Positions 20,666-31,949 of a stretch of 64,000 nt of DNA are shown piece after piece (positions within the stretch are counted from its first letter, which is position 1; every line of letters begins with the position of its first letter). A program made the translations under genes and the position numbers. Origin of the DNA: Candidatus Bathyarchaeota archaeon (GTDB taxonomy: Archaea; Thermoproteota; Bathyarchaeia; 40CM-2-53-6); the NCBI GenBank assembly GCA_963833125.1, contig CAWHWX010000018.1, positions 128,499-192,498 of the forward strand, given 5' to 3'. Under the pieces are notes generated by a model. The model worked only from the letters and a program-made list of their open reading frames with translations, had not been told where the DNA came from and did no database searches.

Positions 20666-20962
20666 ATGGAATACGTCTACGCAGCACTCCTGCTACATTC
20701 AGCAGGCGGCAAAGTAACAGAAGATGGAGTTAAGAAAGTCCTAACCGCAGCAGGAGTCAAAGTCGAAGAACCTAGAGTCAAAGCCTTGGTCGCCGCACTT
20801 TCAGAAATCAAAATAGACGATGCGCTGAAGGCGGCACAAACAATGCAAGTCGCAGCTGCAGCACCAGCAGCCGCAGCACCCGCTGAAGGTAAGAAAGAAG
20901 ACAAGAAGGAAGAAAAGAAATCAGAAGAAGCACTCGCAGGTTTGGGAGCGTTGTTCGGGTAG
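20666..20962 (+). CDS. rpl12: 50S ribosomal stalk protein P1/L12
   Basis: [11 protein letters not shown]...GLGALFG. Confidence 0.97.
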   Translation: MEYVYAALLLHSAGGKVTEDGVKKVLTAAGVKVEEPRVKALVAALSEIKIDDALKAAQTMQVAAAAPAAAAPAEGKKEDKKEEKKSEEALAGLGALFG

Positions 20963-20990
20963 GCTCCCTTTCGCCTATTTTTTGTTTGAT
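20963..20990 (+). terminator. Probable archaeal oligo-T terminator after rpl12
   Basis: Pyrimidine tract ending in TATTTTTTGTTT right after the stop codon. Confidence 0.45.
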
Positions 20991-21101
20991 CGCAGCCGCC
21001 TGAGGTTCAGTTTCCGTCTTTCATTTCTCTCTTCCAATGACACGTTTTGTCCTTTCACGTTGTTGTCGCGCAGCAACATTGGGACGAGAGCTGAGTAATG
21101 T

Positions 21102-21239
21102 TTGTCCGAGGAATATACCGTCTGCAGGTGCGGTGCCAAATTTACAAATGATGATGAAGGCAGACGACTGTACGACCTCCATCAACCTTGGTGCGGAAAG
21201 CAAGGAAGCTCAGCAAGGGAATCAGAGGCTCGACGGTAA
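21102..21239 (+). CDS. Putative C2HC zinc-finger microprotein (45 aa)
   Basis: TTG-start ORF MSEEYTVCRCGAKFTNDDEGRRLYDLHQPWCGK...; finger-like spacing C-x-C-x3-F...H-x3-C. Confidence 0.55.
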   Translation: MSEEYTVCRCGAKFTNDDEGRRLYDLHQPWCGKQGSSARESEARR

Positions 21240-21382
21240 TCGCGCTGTACGATCATTCTGAGGACAAATTCGTCATATGTCTGTCGACGTCTTCTGACAC
21301 AATAAACCCTCATACCTCTCGCGAACGCTATCGATTCTTATGCTTCTTTGACGTAGGTCGTTGATAGCCGACACTGGATTGG

Positions 21383-21884
21383 ATGGGAGAGAGGGCTACG
21401 GCAGAAGGACCGGTTTGGGATAGAGAGAAAGGGGAGCTACGTATCCTAGGCCGCCGGCAGACCGCTTTCGATGCTCAAGCACTATGTGAATACCTTGACT
21501 CGCTGGTAGGAGTTCAAGTCGGGGAGGTCATCATGAGCAACCTTGAATCTAGATCTGGAAAACAAGACGGGAGCTTTGCTTCGAAAGGAGAAACCTGAAC
21601 TAACCGTTGATGAACTGATCAGACTCGTCGAAGAATGGGATCGGATGGCCGGAATAGGGGTCACGAAGGTTACAATCCCACAAAAAGACGTCGGTCCAAT
21701 ATTAGTGGAGGTTTCGAATCCCTCTGTGAAAGGTACGCAAGGTGCTGCCAAGGCGTTTCTATTCTCTTGGTGGGCCGGCATACTAACCTCGCTTCTAGGC
21801 AAGAATTTCGAATGCAAGAACGTCGTTTACGATCAAGGGAACAACATCATGAAGTGTGAGATAGTGCAGAGAGAGACCGCATGA
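21383..21884 (+). CDS. V4R-like ligand-binding domain protein (frameshifted)
   Basis: WDREKGELRILGRR; MAGIGVTKV; SWWAGILTSLLG..FECK...CEI pattern. Confidence 0.65.
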
Positions 21885-21957
21885 GCGACACCACGAGGCA
21901 AATAGCTTACTAACCTAGTTCGTCTCGTTCTGTTCTGTCGGCTGGAGGTAGTAGCCA

Positions 21958-24724
21958 TTGGAGATTAGTGAGAAGGAATTTGCGGTGCCGTTCTTCAAAG
22001 AGAACGGATTCTTACGTAGGCAGTGTGAATGCTGCAAAGGCTACTTCTGGACACAGAAAAGTAATGAACGGTTTTGCGGAGACAGCCCATGCGTACAATA
22101 CTCATTCATCGGTAATCCTCCAGCAAAGAAGCGCTACTCCATTCATGAGATGCGGGAACTATTTCTATCATTCTTTGAGAAAAACGGCCACACTAGAATC
22201 AAGCCTTACCCAGTCGTCGCCCGCTGGAGGGACGACGTCTTCTTAGTGGGTGCCTCGATCTACGATTTCCAGCCATACGTCACCGAGGGAATGATTCCGC
22301 CACCCGCGAATCCGTTAGTTGTCAGCCAACCCTCCATTCGTTTTACAGACATTGACAATGTCGGCCCGACCTTAGGGCGGCATGAACTAATCTTTGAGAT
22401 GGGCGGGGCTCATGCATTCAATTATCCAGAGAAGGAAATTTACTGGATGGACCAGACCATCCGATATCACCATCAACTGGCGACCGAAGGGTTTGGTCTG
22501 AACTCCGATTCAATATCATACAAGGAGCACTTTTGGTCCGGCGGCGGAAATGCTGGGCCCGATTTGGAATGTCTGGCCTCCGGCCTGGAAATTTCAACCT
22601 TAGTCTTCATGCAGTACAGGGTCCAGGGTGATCAATTACAGAAGCTGCCCATACGAACCGTGGATACGGGTTATGGTATCGAACGATGGGCGTGGCTGAG
22701 CCAAGGAACTGCGAGCGCGTTTGAAGTTCTCTATGGGCCGGTGTTAGACAAGATCTTCACCTTAGCCGGCGTCAAGTATGATCAGGCGTTAGTTGCGAAG
22801 GTTGTTCCATACTCAAGTTACATGAATATTGAACGTGGCGACAGCAGAATTGATGCCCGCAAGAAAGAGGCTGAAAGTGTCGGCATGGATTGGCGCGACC
22901 TCGAAAAGGGGCTTAGTCCCAATCGAATCTGCTATGGCTGTGGCTGACCACACGAAAGCAATCGCGTTCCTATTGTCCGAAGGTGTCGTACCGTCGAACG
23001 TCGAAGAGGGTTATTTGACCAGGTTGCTGATTCGGCGGACATACCGAATGCTTCGGCAGCTTGGAATCGAAGATAGAATGCCTGAGATATTGGATGCGCA
23101 GGTCGACTACTGGGGCGACGACTTCCAGCAACTGAAAGGCATGAGGCGTGAGATAGCGGAAGCAATCAAGTCGGAGGAATCAAAGTACAGGAGAACTTTG
23201 GAGCGCGGCGCTGAATTAGTAAGGAAAATCGCCATCGACCTGAAAGCGAAGGGGCAGAAAGAGATCCCCTCTAGCTCGTTGGTTGAGCTGTATGATTCCC
23301 AGGGTATGGTTCCTGATATCGTTAGAGAAGTCGCTGAACCATTGGGGGTTGCAGTCAATCCGCCTGGAAACTTCTACGCCATGGTACTGCAAAAGCATCT
23401 CTCAGGAAAGCGAGCTTCCGAGGACGTTGAGGAATCAGAGTTCGGGGCATCATTGAAGGATAAGGTAAGCCAGCTTCCAGAAACAGTTCGACTATACTAC
23501 AAGGATGCCTTTCAGCGAGAGTTTCAAGGCAAAGTAATCGCCGTGCTAGTCAACAAGTTCATCGTCTTGGACCAAACCTGCTTCTACCCAGAGGGAGGAG
23601 GTCAACCGGGGGACATAGGGGTAATCCAGACCGCAGGTGGTCCTCTGAAGGTGGTTGGGACGCAGAAGGTTGGACTTGTCGTTGTTCACCAAGTAGACGG
23701 TACTCCTCCTAAAGTGGGCGAAAGCGTTCGAGGCACGATTGAGTGGGAGAGGCGTATCAGCCTCATGCGCCACCACACCGGCACCCACTTGATCCTAGGA
23801 GCCGCGAGGAGAGTTCTGGGACAGCATGTATGGCAGGCTGGGGCGCAGAAAGGAGTTGAGTCGAGCCGCGTCGATATCTCGCACTATGAGAAAATCACTG
23901 GTGATCAGGCGAGAGAAATAGAACGGCAAGCGACGGAAGTCGCTCTGCAGGACATTCCGGTTGAATCAGAGTGGATGCCTAGAGAAAAGGCCGAGCAACA
24001 GTACGGGTTCCGGCTTTACCAGGGCGGCGTCGTTCCTGGCCGTGAATTACGCGTGATCAAGATCGATGACTGGGACGTGGAAGCATGTGGCGGAACCCAC
24101 TGCACAAGAACGGGACAGATCGGAACTATCAAGATTCTTCGCACAGAGCGCATACAGGATGGAGTGGAGCGCATAATTTTCGCTGCAGGAACTCAAGCTC
24201 TACGCGCAGTTGAAGAACAAGAAAGAAAACTAAACGAAATATCAACAATGGTCGAGGCACCAATAGAAAAACTAGACCAGTACGTGCAGGCGCTAGTCGA
24301 CGAAAAATTACGGCTAACCAAAAGATTGGAAGTACTTGCAGAAGCGTGGGCCAAGCAAGAGGCCCAACGCCTCGCCATGTCAGCTAGAACAGTGGGAGCA
24401 GTCAAGCTGACTGTGGCGAAATACGAGATGGGCGAAGAAAACGACCTAATAATGCTGAACAACGAAATCATTCAGAAGGACGAGAATGCTGTCGTTATCT
24501 TGGTCATGGCAAAAGATTCAGTAAGAGTTTTGGTTGGTGCAGGAAAGAGCGCCATAGCACATGGCGTTCATGCGGGAAAGTTAGCTGCGAAACTAGCGAC
24601 TCTTGTAGGTGGAGGTGGCGGCGGAAAAGACAGCTTCGGCCAGGGCGGGGGCACTAAAGTGAGCGCAGTTGACTTACTGGTCACAGAATCAGAGCAGGCC
24701 GTCAAACAAATGCTGACCAAGTGA
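21958..24724 (+). CDS. alaS: Alanine--tRNA ligase, archaeal type (frameshift near 22905)
   Basis: YPVVARWRDD, ASIYDFQP, DTGYGIER, HHTGTH editing site, EACGGTH, GGGGGK. Confidence 0.97.
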
Positions 24725-24729
24725 TGATC

Positions 24730-27615
24730 ATGGCCGTAGATTGGGCGGAGATAGATAGAAAATGGCAAGAGGAGTGGGAGAGTGCTAGGATCTTCGAAGC
24801 CGATCCAGACCCGAAACGCAAGAAATGCTTCGTTACCTATCCGTTCCCATACATGAGCGGACCTTTGCACGTCGGAAATGGTTTTACCGCCGCCAGAATC
24901 GATGTTTACGCAAGATACATGCGGATGCGTGGGTTCAACGTCCTCTTCCCGTGGGCCTGGCATTGGACTGGCAAAACCGTTGCCGGCGCGGCTGAACGCA
25001 TCAAAAACGGCGACGAGGCATTCATACGTCCCATTAGAGAGGTTGACGAGGTTCCTGAGGCAGAGATCAGAAAATTCGTCGACCCCGCCTATATGGCAGA
25101 GTACTACACTGCCGTGAACCGTGACGCCATAAAACGATTCGGAACTTCTGTAGATTGGCGGCGTGAGTTTCACACGAGCTCTCTGAACGAAGAGTTCAGC
25201 AAGTTCGTCACATGGCAATATTTGCGCTTGCATGAGAAAGGCTATGTTACGAAAGGTACGCATCCCGTAGTCTGGTGTCCCAAAGATCAAAGCCCAACCG
25301 GCGACGCCGATCGACTGGAAGGGGAGGGTGTACGGCCTGAGGAGTTCACTCTAGTAAAATTCAAGATGGGAAACCTATTCCTACCTTGCGCCACTTTCAG
25401 GCCTGAGACGATCTACGGCGTCACGAACCTGTGGGTGAACCCCGATGGGGAGTACGTGGAAGCTGACGTTAACGGAGAGAAATGGATCGTAAGTAAGGCG
25501 GCCGCCCCTAAGTTAGAGAATCAGCTCAAGCAAGTGAACGTCCTCAGGGGTCTGAAAGGTGCTGAGCTGATCGGGAAAACTTGTACGGATCCAATCCAAA
25601 ACAGGCCCTTACTGATCTTACCGGGGGTATTTGTCAAAACCAATCATGCTACGGGGTTAGTTTACAGCGTTCCCGCACATGCCCCCTTCGACCTTCTAGC
25701 GCTGAGAGATGTTCAGAAGAATCCGGCAACTGTGGTAGGGTATTCCATCGATCCAACCCAGTTGCAGCACATCAAACCAATTTCGGTAATCTCGGTTGAG
25801 GGATACGGGGAATTCCCGGCGGTGGAGATCGTAGATCGAATGGGGATTCGTAACCAGACGGATCCTCGGGCGGAAGAAGCCACGAAGGAAATTTACAAAG
25901 CGGAATTTCATAGTGGTATATTGAGGGAAAATTGCGGCGAATATTCGAAGCAACGAGTTTCAGATGTTAAGGACGCCTTAGTTGCAGATTTCAGAAGCAA
26001 GCGAATCGCTGATGTGATGTATGAACTACCACAACGCGTAGTATGCCGATGTACGACAGAATGTGTCGCTAAAATAATACAGGATCAATGGTTTCTCAAG
26101 TATTCAGACCCCGATTGGAAAAAGCTCACGCATCAAGCCACAGCTGAAATGTCCTTCTACCCTGAGGAAGCCAGAGCCTGGTTCAATGGTATCATTGACT
26201 GGTTGCAAGATTGGCCCTGCGCCCGCAGAACCGGCCTAGGCACACCACTCCCCTGGAGCCCCGACTGGATCGTTGAAACACTCAGCGATTCAACCATTTA
26301 CATGGCATACTACATGGTAAGCAAATTCGTCAACGCGGGAAAAGTCAAAGCTTCTCAATTGTCACCCGAGGTCTTTGATTTCATATTCTATGGCAGCGGT
26401 AACCCGGACGAAGTCGCCAAGGGAGCCGGCATAGAACGGAAGCTCATGGAGGAGGTTCGTAATGAATTTCTCTATTGGTATCCGGTAGACATGCGCAACT
26501 CAGGAAAAGATCTGGTAGGCAATCATCTCAGTTTCTTCATTTTCCATCACGTGGCGCTCTTCGAGCCACGGTATTGGCCGAAGGCTATTGGGGTCAACGG
26601 ATTCATGCTGTTGGAAGGGGGGACCATTCACAAATCCAAGGGCAACTTTGTACCTCTGTGGAAAGCTTGCGATCAATTTGGAGCAGATGCAGTCCGATGC
26701 TCTGTTTTGCTCGGCGCAGAGGGGATGGACGACCCTGACTGGCGTGCTGAGAACGTTCGTGATGTGAAGGGCAGGCTTGAAGGTTTCCTGCGTTTAGTTG
26801 AGGATTTTGTTCAAAGGCCGAAGGAAGCTGCTTCCAACGGGCACTTGGAAAATTGGCTAATGAGCAGGATGTGCACGAAGGCACTGGTGATCGCCGAGGG
26901 CATCGGGAAACTGAAGACGCGCACCGCCATGTCCTTGACGCTCTACGATTTATGGAATGACTTGAGATGGTATGAGCGCCGAGTCGTGAAACCAAACTCA
27001 AACGCGGTTGGCAGCTTCATTTCCAACTGGATCCGATTGCTCGCACCTTCGCGCCACACATGAGCGAAGAAACCTGGCGGAAGATAGGCGAAACGGGGTT
27101 TGCGGCTGCAGCAGATTGGCCAGACCTGCAACCTTCGAAAACGGATACGGTGTCTGATGAACTAGAACTCTTGATCAAGCAGACCCTGGAGGATACCCAG
27201 GAAATCATTGCGACTACGAAACTGAGTCCGAAGAAGGTACATTACTACACAGCGGCGAAATGGAAATGGCGGGTTTACATTGACGCCCTAACGAGGGCTA
27301 GCACGAATCCTGAAACTCTCGACGGGCTCATCCGGGACATGCTATCAGCGAAAGTTGCCACTGCAAAAGACTTGCCTAAGTTTGCCGCGAAGATCGTGCA
27401 GCAGTCGAAGAAGATGCCAGCCGAGTTAAGGTCGCGCAAGCTAGATGTTGGTGAGATAGATGAGCGAGGAGTCTTCGACGGAAGCACAGACTTTCTTCAG
27501 CAAAGAATTGAGGACTGAGGTTGAGGTTCACGGTGAAGAAGACGCTTCGCTGTACGATCCGAAGGGGAGAGCGAAGATTGCTGAACCCTACAGGCCCGCA
27601 ATCTTCATCGAATAA
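24730..27615 (+). CDS. leuS: Leucine--tRNA ligase (frameshifts near 27050 and 27500)
   Basis: PFPYMSGPLHVGN, ATFRPET, SVPAHAPFD, ETLSDSTIY, IHKSKGN, C-terminal PYRPAIFIE. Confidence 0.97.
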
Positions 27616-27633
27616 TAAGTTGTGGTTCGTCGT

Positions 27634-28222
27634 CTAGGGGTGCCAGACTTTCTCGTTCATGATCATATAGATCCCGGTTACGACCGCGAGTATCAGTCCA
27701 ACTAGGAAGCCGCCTCCTATGAAGAGGCTAACTATTGCGGTGGGGAAGACCATGAATGCTGAGAGGACCTTGAAGCCGAGCATGTAAAGGATCACTGCTC
27801 CGACGAGCACTATACCTAGGACTACTCCGAGGATGAAGCTGAAATTCCCAAGGAAGACTACCCATGGGAACAAGCCTACCCAGAAAGCGAAGAAAGCTGG
27901 CCAAAGCAACGCTCCCGCATTAGCGAAGATAAGCGATGCCGAAGTCAACAGTAACAGAACTACTCCCCACGAGTACCGACGGAACATGCCAGGGAAAGGA
28001 CCGTAAACTACTCCGCCTGGCGGTAATCCTCCCTGCGCATAGAGAGTGGGCGCCATCGGAGGTGCCACTCGGCGGTTGGGCGGGTTGATTGATCATTGTT
28101 GAGTGGTAGCAGCCCGGGCATAGAGCTAGTTCGACGTAGGGTTTGGTGCAAGAGACGCAAATTCTTCGTCCGCAGCGACTACATACCTGGTTCGCTGGTA
28201 GGTTCGGGTGATAGTAGCACAT
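27634..28222 (-). CDS. B-box-type zinc finger fused to a membrane domain (frameshifted)
   Basis: CYYHP...CSRCGRRICVSC...LCPGC, Pro-rich linker, ~4 TM helices. Confidence 0.75.
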
Positions 28223-28620
28223 GTAAGCCAATTCTTCAAACATCCTCGTTGACAGGTTGGTAAGGTAAACTGTGGGATGCGGCTAGTTTGACTTGATAGT
28301 TAGTTACAAGATAGTGTCAAACCTCAACGGATTTTGTATCCCATACTTCGATGCTCAAGGTTGAATAACGAAAAGGGGCTGAAAATGGGCACTTTACCGG
28401 TTCTTGCCCCATTTTGCACGTTAAGCCGCCACTTGTCGCCCTAACACAATACTTCGATCAGCCAGTCTCAAACCAGAGAATCTTTCGGGCTGTTCTTCAG
28501 ACTGAACCAACGAATTGGAAAGAGCGTGTCTAACAGTGTTATACACAGAGGTTCTAGGGTTTAACTTGCGAATCTCTTGGGCCTCAACGCTTTTAGTTTG
28601 GCAAGTCTGGTTTCGGGTTT

Positions 28621-28743
28621 GGGCCCGTAGCTCAGTCTGGATAGTGCTTCTAGTTTGAGCGTCTAACAGCACAGGCCCTCTAAACGCTTTCAGCAAGCGG
28701 GAGACGCCTGGGGTCCGGGGTCCGAATCCCCGCGGGCCCGCCA
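28621..28743 (+). tRNA. tRNA-Arg(TCT) with two introns (~28645-28667 in the D-arm; 28684-28705 after the anticodon) and encoded CCA
   Basis: Acceptor stem GGGCCCG/CGGGCCC-G-CCA; D arm GCTC..GGATA; anticodon stem CAGGC/GCCTG around CCTCTAA; T stem CGGGG/CCCCG; BHB-like pairing in both introns. Confidence 0.88.
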
Positions 28744-28864
28744 CGATTCCGTAAATTTGACTGCTTAATTCAAGGAAGTCAGGCCTAGAACTTCTAACAT
28801 TCCAATAGGGCGTGCCCCCGCTAGTTGAGCGGTCTTGGGACCGTGGACGCTAAGCTGGATAGTT

Positions 28865-29361
28865 TCAGGGGGGCATTTGCATGATCGTTGAGAGGAGCAG
28901 GATCAGAAGCATTAATGTCAGGTTCGCACCGGAAACGAGCCTGCTCTTTTTTCGTAACGCCTTGAGTTCGTCCAATTTCGACTCTTTGGCTAGTCTGATG
29001 ATTTTCTTTCCGAAGTATAGGTTATTGACACAGATGAGTAGCAGCAGAAGTGAAACGAGAATTGCTTTCGTCAGTAGGAGCGTGCCGGGGTATTCGAAGA
29101 GGGCATTTGCGGATGGTAGGTACCATGTTGCATTGTACAACCCCGTGAGCACTAAAACAACTATGAGGGGGTTAGTCAGATTACCGAAGGCTCTGGCGAT
29201 CTTCCCAACGATTCGCAGCCCTCTCCGATTCGTCCGTAGTGATGAGACGTGAAGCGGGCACGATGATCAACCACATGAAGAACGAACCTCCCACGAAAAG
29301 AACCGCAGCTGAACAAATGAACCCAAAGAACTACGATATTCAACAATTGCGCTGCAGACAA
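28865..29361 (-). CDS. CopD-like/DUF4149-like membrane protein (frameshifted)
   Basis: LWVHLF...FVGGSFFMW, LTGLYN, LLLTKAILV; 4 TM. Confidence 0.65.
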
Positions 29362-29374
29362 CTTTCCACCTAAT

Positions 29375-29947
29375 CTAATTCAACTGGTTGTGTCTGAAAC
29401 AGGTGATAGTGTGATCGTTGACCATTCCAACGGCTTGCATGAACACGTAACAGATTGTTGAGCCGGTGAACTTGAATCCTCGCCGTTGCATATCGGAGCT
29501 CATGGTGTCAGACGCCCTACTCTTCGCAGGGATAGCTGACAACGATCTAAACCGATGTTCAATCGGGTTGCCGCCAACGAACCTCCAAGCGTAATTGTCG
29601 AAGGTTCCAAATTCTTTCTGTACGACCAGAAATTCCCGGGCGTTTGTTATTGTGGCAGTGATTTTGAGGCGATTACGGATAATCCCTGGATTCGTTAGCA
29701 GGTGCTTGACACTAGAACTCGAATATTTAGCAACTTTTCTCGGATCGAATCCGTCGAAGGCTAACCGGAATGCGTCTCGTTTCCTAAGTATAGTGAGCCA
29801 GCTCAATCCTGCTTGTGCACCTTCAAGTATGAGAAACTCGAACAATTTGCGGTCGTCATGTACAGGGACACTCCACTCCTTGTCATGATATTCTTCAAGC
29901 AGAGGATCGTTCCTCGCCCAACCGCATCTTTTCGTAACGTTCCTCAT
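29375..29947 (-). CDS. tag: DNA-3-methyladenine glycosylase I
   Basis: RCGW, YHDKEW, LEGAQAGLSW, IIRNRLKI, QAVGMVNDH...CF. Confidence 0.96.
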   Translation of the reverse strand: MRNVTKRCGWARNDPLLEEYHDKEWSVPVHDDRKLFEFLILEGAQAGLSWLTILRKRDAFRLAFDGFDPRKVAKYSSSSVKHLLTNPGIIRNRLKITATITNAREFLVVQKEFGTFDNYAWRFVGGNPIEHRFRSLSAIPAKSRASDTMSSDMQRRGFKFTGSTICYVFMQAVGMVNDHTITCFRHNQLN

Positions 29948-30035
29948 TTTGATCCCCTTTAAGCTGGTCGCTACCTAGCGAAATTAGATCAGCAACGCAA
30001 AGATCGCCGCAAACTTTTAGCTAATCCGGTAGCAA

Positions 30036-30267
30036 ATGCAAACCGGGCGATGGACATCGACTCCGAAAGAAAACGAACTTCTCCATGGAATGGTCAACTG
30101 TTACGACACTTGCCACGCTAACTTTGAAGAAACCGTTGGCATGGTTAGTTCCGCTCGCGGACTGACGTCTGAGGAGGTTAAAGATACTCTAGAGCATCTG
30201 AAGAATGAGGGCAGCAAGGAATTCCAAGCGTTGAGGTCGACGTCTACCCGCCGACTTTCCGCTCTGA
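30036..30267 (+). CDS. Small hypothetical protein (CYDTCH motif; frameshift near the end, probable C-terminus RLPADFPL)
   Basis: ORF directly upstream of, and co-oriented with, the HDO gene. Confidence 0.6.
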
Positions 30268-30297
30268 CATGGTCTAATTGTTGGAAAATAGATCCCC

Positions 30298-31197
30298 TTG
30301 ACAAAATGTGCCGTATGCGGAGTTTCCTTCGACCGGGGAGATTATGACACACTCGCTCGCCATTTCTGTGAACAGGCGGGCGAGAGTGATCCAGGGCACG
30401 TAATGTGGCTGAACAGGAATATTACTAAGAAGAAATGCGACCCGCAAACCCTCTCCAGAGAGCTGACACGATTCTTTGACTTCGGCCGCCAAGGGCTGAA
30501 GGTTTGGATGAAGAAGCGATTCGTTGAACGATTTTACGGTGGGAAACCGCATCCTTTCGTCCTAGCCCTACAGCACCCGTCCAAACCGACTTTGCTGGGT
30601 TACGTTGTGGAGCATCAGCATTTCCTGAGACAATGGACCCGCAGCTGCGCGTACATCGTGGCAAAGACCGACAAGGTAGACGTCACCCTATACGAACTTG
30701 ATAATATCAATACAGAGTTCGGAGGGTTCGGCCCAGGGCGTCCGTCACACTACGAATTACTCTTACGTATGGGCGAAAGCCTCGATTTGCCGAGAGAACA
30801 GATACTCCAAACCCTTCCTCTACCCGACACGGCATGGGCCATTAAATCTTGGAACGAAATTGCTGAGACATGCCATTGGCTGGAAACCATGGCCGCGATG
30901 CATCCCCTGGAACTCATAGCGAACCGTAACCTCAGACAAGACGGCACGACAGTAAGTTACTTTGATCCATCAATACTGAACGGAGATGAGATTACTGAGG
31001 CAACCAAGAACTTCCTCAGGGAAGGGTACGAGGCCGATGTGGATCACTCCGAGGAGGCAATGGATTTGATCGACAAATACTCGCCCGAGCTTGGAATTGC
31101 TGATGATGTTCAAGCAACGTTCATGAAATCGATACATGCCTTCGACAGATACCTGATGGCACGACTGGAAAGGGGTAAACAGTTTGAAAGTTCCTGA
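30298..31197 (+). CDS. C2H2 zinc finger fused to a heme-oxygenase-like (CADD/PqqC/TenA-fold) dimetal domain
   Basis: CAVC...HF...H N-terminus; HPF, DNINTE, SHYELLLRMGESL, PLP.T, LE, EADVDH. Confidence 0.8.
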   Translation: MTKCAVCGVSFDRGDYDTLARHFCEQAGESDPGHVMWLNRNITKKKCDPQTLSRELTRFFDFGRQGLKVWMKKRFVERFYGGKPHPFVLALQHPSKPTLLGYVVEHQHFLRQWTRSCAYIVAKTDKVDVTLYELDNINTEFGGFGPGRPSHYELLLRMGESLDLPREQILQTLPLPDTAWAIKSWNEIAETCHWLETMAAMHPLELIANRNLRQDGTTVSYFDPSILNGDEITEATKNFLREGYEADVDHSEEAMDLIDKYSPELGIADDVQATFMKSIHAFDRYLMARLERGKQFESS

Positions 31198-31468
31198 AGG
31201 CTGCGCCATCTGCCAATCCACCTGGGGCGACTACTGGGCCGAGGTGGAAGGGCAGAGAATGTTCTTCTGCTGTGAACTATGTGAAGTTGAATTTCGGAAT
31301 ATGATCGGGCAAATCAAACATAGAACAGGGTGGAAGCAAATCGATGAGGTTCAGATAACGGGAGATCCTAGGGGCAGAGAGTGCACAGCTTTACTCAAGA
31401 CTAATGCGTATCATTTCTTTATTCGATTTAACTCCCAGGGCGGCATCGAAACATTTCAGGAAAAGTGA
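31184..31468 (+). CDS. TA0938-family zinc-binding protein
   Basis: GCAICQSTWGDYWAEVEGQRMFFCCELC matches my recollection of the family; overlaps the upstream stop. Confidence 0.75.
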   Translation: MKVPEGCAICQSTWGDYWAEVEGQRMFFCCELCEVEFRNMIGQIKHRTGWKQIDEVQITGDPRGRECTALLKTNAYHFFIRFNSQGGIETFQEK

Positions 31469-31491
31469 ACGAGCCGCAGAGTAAGTATAGA

Positions 31492-31882
31492 TTACCAGCT
31501 AAGAAGCTCTAGCCAAATGCCGTCCGGGTCTTTCACGTAGACCTCGGTTACTCCCTTTGCTTCAGAAACCGAAACCGCAGACCTCAACTCCCTTCGAAAT
31601 GAGTTTTGCTAGGGTAGCTTTCACGTTGCCCACGCCGAAGGCGAGATGGTCTAATTCATCTCCTCGTCTGTACTTGGAATAGAATTTGCTTCGTGATGGG
31701 TACCAGTTTAGTTCAAGTTCCTGTGAGGAGCCTGGGCTTCTTAGAGCCACATATTTCCCTCCGTGAGGCATGGTTCCCCGTCTCGTGACTCGCATTCCCA
31801 TGATCGTTCTGTAGAAGTTGATTGATTTCCTTAGATCCCTCACCCGTATTCCCGTATACACGAGACGATATTTCTTTGGCAT
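31492..31882 (-). CDS. VOC/glyoxalase family protein (frameshifted)
   Basis: YTGIRVRDLRKSINFY, LELNWY, LDHLAF, YVKDPDGIWLEL. Confidence 0.9.
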
Positions 31883-31949
31883 ACGCCTCTCATCTACTAT
31901 CTAGATCAGAGTTTCCAATTGTTATTTCATTTGAGTCAGCAGATGCAGG

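Noticed and set aside
28421-28744. 107-aa minus-strand ORF
   Set aside because: Antisense to the tRNA gene; no protein motif
30090-30125. CYDTCH as a c-type heme-binding site
   Set aside because: Spacing is CxxxCH and there is no signal peptide or maturation gene nearby
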